Of a DNA stretch of 64,000 bases, positions 1 to 7,776 are shown in pieces. The stretch lies in the NCBI GenBank assembly GCA_963848335.1, contig CAWKDD010000002.1, forward strand, positions 74,159 to 138,158. The letters run 5' to 3'. The translations under genes and the position numbers were made by a program. Every line of letters starts with the position of its first letter. Position 1 is the first letter of the stretch. This DNA is from an uncultured Acidimicrobiales bacterium (GTDB lineage Bacteria > Actinomycetota > Acidimicrobiia > Acidimicrobiales > UBA8190). The notes under the pieces were generated by a model. The model ran no database searches. It was not told where the DNA came from and worked only from the letters and a program-made list of their open reading frames with translations.

Positions 1-211
1 CCCGACTGAGCGCGCCGTCGCGGTCGGCCTCGGCCAGCTTGCCCTTGTCCACCTGGCGGGCCAGGGACTTCTCCATGGCGGCGACCATGCCCTCGGCCGT
101 GCTCTGGGCACGGGAGCGCAGGACGACCTCGAAGCCGTGCACGGCCATGGTCTCGGCGATCCCCGAGCCCATGATCCCCGAGCCGACGATTCCCACTCGC
201 TTGATCGACAT
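1..211 (-). CDS. 3-hydroxyacyl-CoA (3-hydroxybutyryl-CoA) dehydrogenase, N-terminal part only; continues beyond the window edge
   Basis: My reverse-strand translation from ATG at 211 gives MSIKRVGIVGSGIMGSGIAETMAVHGFEVVLRSR..., a Rossmann GxGxxG NAD-binding N-terminus typical of HBD/FadB-type dehydrogenases. It is too short to appear as a sense ORF in the track. Confidence 0.65.
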   Translation of the reverse strand, partial: MSIKRVGIVGSGIMGSGIAETMAVHGFEVVLRSRAQSTAEGMVAAMEKSLARQVDKGKLAEADRDGALSR

Positions 212-258
212 GGCCCGTATGTTACCGGCCGGTTACCTGGGAGGCCCGCCCGGGTGGT

Positions 259-1122
259 CTACCGCCCGGCGCGGCGCGCCACCCGGCGCATGAAGCGAGG
301 GCCGCCCCCGATGACGAGCCGGGGCGACAGTCGGTACACCCGCCACGGGATGCGGGCGTGGCGGGGGGTGACGATGAGAGGCCGGTTGCGTACCACGGCG
401 TCGAGGACGTCCTCGGCGAGCGAGGCGGGAGGGTAGGCCCCTCCGATCATCTTCTCGAGCAGCCCCCGGGCGCTGGGGACGTTCGTCACCGGGGGGAGGT
501 CGGGGGGATTGCCCTTGTCGAGCAGAGGGGTGTCGATCACCCCGGGGCAGATGACGCTCACCCGCACGCCGTGGGCGGCGGCCTCCATGCGCAGGCTCGT
601 GCTCATGCCCACCACGCCGTGCTTGGTCATGCCGTAGGGGGTGAGCATGGGGGAAGGAAGGAGCCCGGCCAGCGACGCCGTGTTCACGATGTGGCCGCTG
701 CGCTGGCGGATCATGATGGGATAGGCCGCCACCACGCCGTGCACGACGCCGCGCAGGTTGACGTCGATGGCCCGGTTCCAGTGCGCCAGTGTGAGCTCGC
801 GCGCCTCTCCGACGATCCCGATCCCGGCGTTGTTGAAGAGGAAGTCGAGATGGCCGTGGTCCTGCGCGGTGCGCTCGACGAGCGAGGCGACCGCCTCGGC
901 GTCGGTGACGTCGAGCCCGACCCCCGACGCCCGCCCCGGCGGCCCCGCCCCCATGTCGTCGGCGGCGGCCTTGGCCCCGGCCTCGTCGATGTCGGCCAGG
1001 ACGACGGTGGCCCCCCGGCGGGCCAAGGCGCGCGACAGTGCCTTGCCGATCCCCGACGCCGCTCCGGTGACGATGGCCACCTTCCCTTGGAAGTGGCTGT
1101 CGAAGTGCGAGTCGACGGGCAC
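259..1122 (-). CDS. short-chain dehydrogenase/reductase (SDR) family oxidoreductase
   Basis: 287 aa ORF with TGAASGIG cofactor motif, NNAG, and a YGMTK catalytic YxxxK motif. Confidence 0.85.
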   Translation of the reverse strand: MPVDSHFDSHFQGKVAIVTGAASGIGKALSRALARRGATVVLADIDEAGAKAAADDMGAGPPGRASGVGLDVTDAEAVASLVERTAQDHGHLDFLFNNAGIGIVGEARELTLAHWNRAIDVNLRGVVHGVVAAYPIMIRQRSGHIVNTASLAGLLPSPMLTPYGMTKHGVVGMSTSLRMEAAAHGVRVSVICPGVIDTPLLDKGNPPDLPPVTNVPSARGLLEKMIGGAYPPASLAEDVLDAVVRNRPLIVTPRHARIPWRVYRLSPRLVIGGGPRFMRRVARRAGR

Positions 1123-1204
1123 GGAGCGAGCCTAGGCCTGCGACGTGGCCCGGGCCCTGGTGCCGGTCCCGAAACGTGCGGCCCACCCCCCTACAGTGGC
1201 GGCC

Positions 1205-1888
1205 ATGGTTGGGGCGAAAGCGCAGTGCGGCCCGTTGGCCCTCGTGGGCGGGGGCGAGTGGAGCGAGGGGTGTGACTTCGATGCCGAGCTCCTGGCCGCG
1301 TCGGGCGGCCACGAGGTGCTCGTGCTTCCGACCGCGGCGGCCTACGAGCACCCCGAGAAGGCGGTGGCCACCGCCGAGTCCTGGTTCGCCGGGCTGGGTG
1401 GCCGGGCCCGCGGGCTCATGGTGCTCGGTCGTGCCGACGCCGAGGACGAGGCGTTCGCGGCCGAGGTCCGGGCCAGCCGCTTCGTGTACCTCGGTGGCGG
1501 ATCGCCCATGCACCTGCGGTCGGTGCTCAAGGCCTCGACGGTGTGGGAGGCGTTGCTCGACGCCTGGCGCCACGGGGCGGTGGTGGCGGGCTCGTCGGCC
1601 GGCGCCATGGTGCTCACCGACCCCATGGTCGACCCCCGCGGCGGGGCGTTGACCGTCGGGCTCGGTATGGTCGAGGAGCTGGCGGTGATCCCGCATTTCG
1701 GCAACGAGAACGCCGAGAAGGTCCACCGCTCCATCGCCCTCGCCGCCCCCGGTCTGCCCGTCGTGGGGCTGCCCGAGCGCACCGCGCTCATCCGCGACCC
1801 CGACGGGGGGTGGCGTCAGGCGGGGCAGGGGACCGTGGAGGTGTTCGTGAGCGGCAAGCCCGCCGGCCTCGACGCCCTGCCGCGCTGA
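1205..1888 (+). CDS. peptidase S51 / cyanophycinase-like (type 1 glutamine amidotransferase-like fold) protein
   Basis: ORF 1145..1888. I prefer the ATG at 1205, which leaves a divergent intergenic region with the SDR gene. GGGSP and GSSAGAM (nucleophile elbow) motifs resemble S51 family peptidases. Confidence 0.55.
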   Translation: MVGAKAQCGPLALVGGGEWSEGCDFDAELLAASGGHEVLVLPTAAAYEHPEKAVATAESWFAGLGGRARGLMVLGRADAEDEAFAAEVRASRFVYLGGGSPMHLRSVLKASTVWEALLDAWRHGAVVAGSSAGAMVLTDPMVDPRGGALTVGLGMVEELAVIPHFGNENAEKVHRSIALAAPGLPVVGLPERTALIRDPDGGWRQAGQGTVEVFVSGKPAGLDALPR

Positions 1889-1949
1889 GTTTCCCGGTCC
1901 GCTTCGGTGTGTTCCGGTCCGCCTCGGTGTCCCGGTTCGCTTCGGGGTC
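1889..1949. repeat. three to four imperfect tandem copies of a ~19-20 nt unit (core GGTCCGCTTCGG) between two convergent genes
   Basis: Read directly: ttcccggtccgcttcggtgtg / ttccggtccgcctcggtgtc / ccggttcgcttcggggtct. Each unit contains a small CCG-CTT-CGG hairpin. Confidence 0.4.
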
Positions 1950-2504
1950 TCAGTCCGCTTCTTCGATGGTGACCGACTCGATGGTGACCTTCTCGGTGGT
2001 CTTGCCCGAGCGCGATCCCACCGCGTCGATGGCGGCCACCGTCTCGAGGCCCGACACCACCTTGCCGAACAGCGCATAGCTGGGTGGCAGCCGGACCCCG
2101 TCCGGACCCGAGATGACGAAGAACTGGCTCCCGTTGGTGTTGGGCCCGGCATTGGCCATCGCCAGCGATCCGAGCTCGTAGCGGCCCGGGGCCGGGAGCT
2201 CGTCGGCGAACTGGTAGCCGGGGCCCCCCGTTCCGGTGCCGGTGGGGTCTCCCCCCTGGAGCACGAAGCCGGGGATGACGCGGTGGAAGACGATGCCGTC
2301 GAAGTAGTGGTAGCGGGCCAGGAACACGAAGCTGTTCACCGTCCGGGGCGCAGCGAGGGGGTCCAGGGCGATGGTCATGGTCCCCTTCGAGGTGACCATG
2401 GTGGCGGTGTAGCGCTTGGAGCTGTCGATGGACATGGGGGGCTCGTCCGGGAACTTCCGGCGTTGGGGGCTCGAGCCGTCGGCGGCGGGCAGATCGACGG
2501 GCAT
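1950..2504 (-). CDS. peptidyl-prolyl cis-trans isomerase, cyclophilin type (cytoplasmic)
   Basis: 184 aa with FHRVIPGFVLQGGDPTGTGTGGPGY and GSLAMANAGPNTNGSQFF cyclophilin signatures. Confidence 0.9.
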   Translation of the reverse strand: MPVDLPAADGSSPQRRKFPDEPPMSIDSSKRYTATMVTSKGTMTIALDPLAAPRTVNSFVFLARYHYFDGIVFHRVIPGFVLQGGDPTGTGTGGPGYQFADELPAPGRYELGSLAMANAGPNTNGSQFFVISGPDGVRLPPSYALFGKVVSGLETVAAIDAVGSRSGKTTEKVTIESVTIEEAD

Positions 2505-2533
2505 GGTTGGTCCTCCTGTGGGAGTGGTCGGGC

Positions 2534-3259
2534 TCAGGTGCTCGAGATGGTGACCGACAGGATGCGGTGGATCACCTTGGGGGGGACGCCGTTGGCCGAC
2601 GCGTTGGCGTTGCCGTCCTTGTTGATCTTGTCGGCCACGCTGAGCCCCGAGGTCACGTGCCCGAAGAGCGTGTAGTTGGGCGCCAGGGTCTCGCCCTGGC
2701 TGCCGGTGACGACGAAGAACTGGCTGCCGTTGGTGTTGGGGCCGGAGTTGGCCATGGCCACGGACCCGATGGGGTACTGCGGGGTCGCCTTGGCCGGGAG
2801 CTCGTCGGCGAATTTGTAGCCGGGACCACCGGTGCCGGTCCCCGTGGGGTCACCGGTCTGGTCCATGAAACTCGGGATCACGCGGTGGAACGTGACGCAG
2901 TTGAAGAAGTTCTTCTTCGCCAGGAACACGAAGCTGTTCACGGCGATGGGCGTCTGCTTGGCGTTGAGGGCGATGACGAAGGAGCCGGCGTCGGTCTTCA
3001 CCGTGGCCGAGTAGGTCTTGGCCGTGTCGATGGCCATGGCCGGGGGCTTGCTCCACGACGGCTTGTGCAACGTGGTGCTGGGGCTCGACGAGCACCCTCC
3101 GGCCACGGCCGCGTTGTCGGCCACCTGCTGGGCAGTCAGCTTCGCCTTGCCCGGCTTGATGAGGAAGTAGATGCCGACCACGACGGCCGCCACGATGACC
3201 AGCGTGACGACCCGCCGGACCCGGGCACGCCGGCGTCGTTGGCGCGCCAGGGCGGCCAT
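2534..3259 (-). CDS. peptidyl-prolyl cis-trans isomerase, cyclophilin type, with N-terminal membrane anchor
   Basis: Lower part of ORF 2534..3688. ATG at 3259 (alternative GTG at 3307) gives an Arg-rich N-terminus, one hydrophobic helix (VVTLVIVAAVVVGIYFLI), then FHRVIPSFMDQTGDPTGTGTGGPGY and MANSGPNTNGSQFF. Confidence 0.85.
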   Translation of the reverse strand: MAALARQRRRRARVRRVVTLVIVAAVVVGIYFLIKPGKAKLTAQQVADNAAVAGGCSSSPSTTLHKPSWSKPPAMAIDTAKTYSATVKTDAGSFVIALNAKQTPIAVNSFVFLAKKNFFNCVTFHRVIPSFMDQTGDPTGTGTGGPGYKFADELPAKATPQYPIGSVAMANSGPNTNGSQFFVVTGSQGETLAPNYTLFGHVTSGLSVADKINKDGNANASANGVPPKVIHRILSVTISST

Positions 3260-3440
3260 CTTCGCTTCACGCGCGGAGCGCTTGCGGGATCGCTTCTCGG
3301 TGGGCACGGCCCGACACCCTATCCGGCGCCGGTCCCTCCCCCCGCTCGGGGGCCCGCCGGGCCCCGGCGCTGCCTCGGGGCTGTGGTCCCCGCCTCGCTC
3401 GGGGTCTGAGGGGCCCTCACGCTCCGGGTAGCTTCGATGC

Positions 3441-4659
3441 GTGGCGCTGTTGGTGCAGAAGTTCGGCGGGACGTCGGTGAGCGATGCCGAGCGGGTGCGC
3501 GCCGTCGCCGACCACGTGGCCCGTACCCGGCGCCAGGGCACCGACGTGGTGGTGGTGGTGAGCGCCATGGGCAAGACCACCGACGACCTGCTGCGCCTGG
3601 CGGGTGACGTGAGCACGGTGCAGCCGCCCCGCGAGCTCGACATGCTGCTGACCTCGGGGGAGCGGGTGTCGATGGCCCTGTTGTGCATGGCCCTGGCCGA
3701 GCTCGGCGTCGACGCCGTGTCCTACACCGGGAGCCAGGCCGGCATCATCACCGACACCACCCACCTCAAGGCGAAGATCGTGGAGGTCAAGGCCGACCGA
3801 CTGCGGGCCGCGCTGGACCAGGGCCGAGTCCCGGTGGTGGCCGGGTTCCAGGGGGTGTCGCTCGATCGCGACGTGACCACGCTCGGTCGCGGTGGCTCGG
3901 ACACCACCGCCGTGGCACTGGCCGCCGCCCTGGGTGCCGAGGCTTGTGAGATCTACACCGACGTGTCGGGGGTCTTCAGCGCCGATCCCCGCATCGTGCC
4001 CGAGGCGCGCCGGCTGCCCCGGGTGAGCTTCGAGGAGATGCTCGACATCGCCGCCAGCGGAGGGCGCGTGCTGGCGCTGCGCTCGGTCGAGTTCGCCCGC
4101 AACCACGGCGTGCCCCTGCACGTCCGTTCCAGCTTCACCTGGGAGCCCGGCACCTGGGTGGTCGAGGAGGATCCGTCCATGGAACAGGCCGTCGTCACCG
4201 CTGTCACCCACGACACCTCCGAGGCCAAGGTGACCGTGACCGGCGTTCCCGACAGGCCCGGGCATCGCGGCCCGGCTGTTCCGGGCGCTGGCGGACCGCG
4301 CCGTCAACGTCGACACCATCGTGCAGAACACCTCGCTGCACGGCACCACCGACATCTCCTTCACCGTCCCCAAGACCGATCTCGCCGCCAGCCTCGAGGT
4401 GGCTCGGGCGCTGGCCCCCGGGATCGGCGCGGGAGAGGTCACCGCCGACGACGGCATCGCCAAGGTGTCGCTCGTGGGCGCGGGGATGCGCAGCCACCCC
4501 GGCGTGTCGGCCACCATGTTCGAGATCCTCGCCGACGCCGGCATCAACATCGAGATGATCTCGACCTCCTCGATCCGCCTCTCCTGCGTGGTGCGCGCCG
4601 ATCGCGTCGAGGAGGCGGTGCGCCTCCTGCACGAGGCGTTCGAACTGTCGGGCGGCTGA
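3441..4659 (+). pseudogene. lysC: aspartate kinase, reading frame interrupted by one extra base at ~4260-4262 (pseudogene or sequence error)
   Basis: N-terminal part [13 protein letters not shown]... through ...[12 protein letters not shown] lies in the frame of 3441. The ACT-domain part [24 protein letters not shown]...ELSGG lies in the frame of ORF 4321..4659. Removing one G from cccgggcatc restores [10 protein letters not shown]. Confidence 0.85.
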
Positions 4660-4683
4660 GCCCGGCCCGGTAGGCTGGGCAGG

Positions 4684-5706
4684 ATGCGGATCGGCGTCTT
4701 CGGTGCCACCGGCCAGGTGGGCAAGGTCATGCGGTCGGTGCTGGCGCAGCGGTCGTTCCCCGCCGACGACATCCGGTTCTTCGCGTCGGCTCGGTCCGCC
4801 GGGACACGCCTGCCGTGGGCGGGCGGCGAGGTGGAGGTCGAGGACGCCGATGCGAGCCGACTACCGGGGCGTGGACATCGCGCTCATGTCGGTCGGGGCC
4901 GAGGCGTCGCGCCAGCTCTCCCCGCGCATCGTCGAGGCAGGCGCCACGGTCATCGACAATTCCTCGGCGTGGCGCATGGACCCGGGCGTGCCCCTCGTCG
5001 TGGCCGAGGTCAACGCCGATGCCCTCGACCACATCGACAAAGGGATCGTGGCCAACCCCAATTGCACCACCATGGTGGCCATGCCCGTACTGGCGCCGTT
5101 GCACCGCGACGCGGGGCTCCGGCGGTTGGTCATCTCCACTTACCAGGCCGTGTCGGGCGCGGGTCTCGCCGGTGCCCGGGAGCTCGAGGAGCAGCTGGCG
5201 AAGACGGTCGGCGAGGCCCCGCGTCTCACCTTCGACGGCACCGTCGTCGACTTCCCCCCACCCACGGTGTTCCCCGGCTCCCGTGGCCTACAACGTCCTG
5301 GCCCATGCCGGGCCGGTTCCTCGACGACGGGACGGGGGAGACCAACGAGGAGCAGAAGCTGCGCGACGAGAGCCGCAAGATTCTCGGCATTCGCGACCTG
5401 GCCGTGTCGGGCACGTGCGTGCGCGTGCCGGTGTTCACCGGCCACAGCATGTCGGTCAACGCCGAGTTCGAGCGCGAGCTGACCGTGGACCGGGCCCGCG
5501 CCCTTCTCGAGCAGGCTCCGGGTGTGCGGTACGTGGATGTGCCCACTCCCCTCGCCGCCGCCGGGATCGATCCCGTGCTGGTGGGGAGGCTGCGGCGCGA
5601 CGACACCGCCGCGCACGGGCTCGTGCTCTTTCTCTCCGGCGACAACCTGAGGAAGGGTGCGGCACTCAACGCCGTGCAGATCGCCGAGGCCCTGCTGGCC
5701 CGTTAG
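4684..5706 (+). pseudogene. asd: aspartate-semialdehyde dehydrogenase, interrupted by three separate +1 shifts (pseudogene or sequence errors)
   Basis: Conserved Asd sequence hops across frames. MRIGVFGATGQVG...VEDADA is in the frame of 4684. ADYRGVDIALMS...NPNCTTM...TVFP is in the frame of 4703. PVAYNVLAHAG is in the frame of 4815. RFLDDGTGETNEEQKLRDESRKILG...ALLAR is back in the frame of 4684. Confidence 0.85.
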
Positions 5707-5716
5707 GTCGCCTGCG

Positions 5717-6409
5717 CTAGGTGGGCGTGGGGCGGAAGCGCTCGGTCGCCCCCGTGGTGGCCCGGCCCACCATGACGGCGATGCGCCGGGCCAGGTTGAC
5801 GGCGTGGTCGCCGAAGCGTTCGTAGAAGCGGGCCACCAGTGCCGCCTCGATGGCGACGGGCAGGGGCATCGAGCCGCTGGCGATCTCGGCGGTGAGCGTC
5901 ACGTGCAGCTCGTCGAGCTCGTCGTCGAGCTCCTCGACCTCGTCGGCCACCGGAGCGCGATCGGCGTAGGCGTCGGCCGTGGCGCGCCACATGTCGCACG
6001 CCACCTCCCCCATCTGCTCGACCAGTCCCCGCGCCCGCGGGGAGAGCTCCACCCCGAGGCCGCGCACGGCGCGCCGCGACACGTGTTCGGCGAGGTCGCC
6101 GCTGCGTTCGAGCTCGGGCAGCATGCGCAGCACGGCCACGAGGTAGCGCAGCTCGTCGGGCCCCGTGGCCCGCAGGGCCAGTTGGCTCTGGGCCAGCTGC
6201 TCCACCTCGCGGTACAGCGCGTCGATCGTCTCGTCGCTCTCGGCGAGCACACGAGCCGCCTCGCGGTCGCCGTCGAGCAGGCAGTGCGTCGCACCGGCCA
6301 CGCCCTCACCGACCAAGGCGAAGAGCTTGATCACCTCGCGGTCGATGTGCTCCAGGCTCTCGGTGACCTCGTCGCTGTCGGCCAGCTCGACCACGACCCG
6401 TTTCGCCAC
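5717..6409 (-). CDS. PhoU-domain phosphate-signalling regulatory protein
   Basis: 230 aa, all-helical acidic protein. It has a two-repeat architecture and the C-terminal ARFYERFGDHAVNLARRI segment typical of PhoU-family proteins. Confidence 0.7.
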   Translation of the reverse strand: MAKRVVVELADSDEVTESLEHIDREVIKLFALVGEGVAGATHCLLDGDREAARVLAESDETIDALYREVEQLAQSQLALRATGPDELRYLVAVLRMLPELERSGDLAEHVSRRAVRGLGVELSPRARGLVEQMGEVACDMWRATADAYADRAPVADEVEELDDELDELHVTLTAEIASGSMPLPVAIEAALVARFYERFGDHAVNLARRIAVMVGRATTGATERFRPTPT

Positions 6410-6455
6410 GTGGCCACCGTAGCGCCGTTGGCATCGGGGCTCGTCTCCCGCCCCC

Positions 6456-7718
6456 TCAGGGATCGGTGTCGACGTCGGCGACGATGAGCCGGGGCCCCGA
6501 GGGCCAGTCCAGGTAGCGCCACCACCAGTTGACGAGCACCACCACCCGGTTGCGGAATCCCACCAGGTAGACGAGGTGCAGTCCCAGCCATGCGTACCAG
6601 CCCAACGCTCCGCGCAGGATGGGGCCGTGGCGCAGCTGGGCCACCGCCGCGTGCCGTCCGATGGTCGCCATCAGGCCCTTGTCGTGGTACGTGAACGGCG
6701 TCGTGGGCAGGCCCGTGAGCTGGCGGCCGATCTGCACCGCGGCGTGGCGCCCGGACTGGATGGCGACCTGGGCCACCTGGGGGCAGGGGTCGGGGTGTGC
6801 CGGTCCCCACGGGACCGCGCCGGCGTCGCCCACCACGAACACCTCGGGGTGGCCCGCCACCGACAGGTCGGGCCGCAGCGTGACCCGGCCACCGCGGCCG
6901 TGAGACGTGGGCAGCGTCGCCGCCAGGGTGCCGTCGACGGTGACGCCCCCCGCCCAGACCACCGCCGCGGCAGGCAACTCCTCGCCGTTGCCGAGGCGGA
7001 CCCCCCCGGCGCCGACCTCGGCCACCGGCGTGCGGAGCCGGACGTCGACGCCGCGCGAGGACAACGTTTCGTAGGCGTAGTCGCTGGCCTGCTCCTTGAA
7101 CCCCGACAACAGCCGCTCCCCGGCCTCGAGCAGGACGACCTTGGAGCGGGCCGGGTCGATGCGCAGGCGATCCCGGCGTACCGACACCTCCAGCAGCTCG
7201 AGCAGCGCGCCCGAGATCTCCACTCCCGTGGCCCCGCCGCCCACCACCACGAAGGTGGGCGCCCCGCCGTCGAAGTCCTCGGGATGGGCGTCGGCCGCCT
7301 CGAGCCGGCCCAGGACGTGGTTCCTCAGACGGCGGGCGTCGGCCAGCGTGTAGAGGGGAAACGAGTGCTCCGAGGCCCCGGGGACGGCGAGGTAGCCGGT
7401 GGTGGCGCCCGTGGCCACGACCAGCCGGTCGTATTCCAGAGCGGATCCGTCCGCCAGCGCCACGCTGCGGGCCTCGACGTCGACGGAAACGGCCCGGCCG
7501 TGGCGGAACACGACGTTGTGCTCGCGTCCGAAGATGGTACGGACGGGATAGGCGACGTCGGCGGGGTCGAGACCGGCCGTGGCCACCTGGTACAGCAGTG
7601 GCTGGAAGGTGTGGAAGTTGTGCTGGTCGACGATGGTGACCTGCACCGGCTGGTCGTGGAGGTGCCGGGTGGCGCTGAGCCCGGCGAAACCGGCGCCGAT
7701 GACCACCACACGGTCCAT
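6456..7718 (-). CDS. ndh: type II NADH:quinone oxidoreductase (NDH-2), FAD-dependent
   Basis: ATG at 7718 inside ORF 6456..7901 gives MDRVVVIGAGFAGL (first dinucleotide fold). There is a second GGGATGVE fold and C-terminal amphipathic/hydrophobic helices. Confidence 0.85.
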   Translation of the reverse strand: MDRVVVIGAGFAGLSATRHLHDQPVQVTIVDQHNFHTFQPLLYQVATAGLDPADVAYPVRTIFGREHNVVFRHGRAVSVDVEARSVALADGSALEYDRLVVATGATTGYLAVPGASEHSFPLYTLADARRLRNHVLGRLEAADAHPEDFDGGAPTFVVVGGGATGVEISGALLELLEVSVRRDRLRIDPARSKVVLLEAGERLLSGFKEQASDYAYETLSSRGVDVRLRTPVAEVGAGGVRLGNGEELPAAAVVWAGGVTVDGTLAATLPTSHGRGGRVTLRPDLSVAGHPEVFVVGDAGAVPWGPAHPDPCPQVAQVAIQSGRHAAVQIGRQLTGLPTTPFTYHDKGLMATIGRHAAVAQLRHGPILRGALGWYAWLGLHLVYLVGFRNRVVVLVNWWWRYLDWPSGPRLIVADVDTDP

Positions 7719-7776
7719 TGCCTCAGGATGGCACGCCGGGGTGGATTGTCCAGCGGGACTTCGGTGTCGCCGCCGG

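Noticed and set aside
233-2152. 639 aa minus-strand ORF spanning the SDR, S51-like and cyclophilin loci
   Set aside because: It crosses three well-supported genes on both strands. The composition is Arg/Pro/Gly-rich nonsense.
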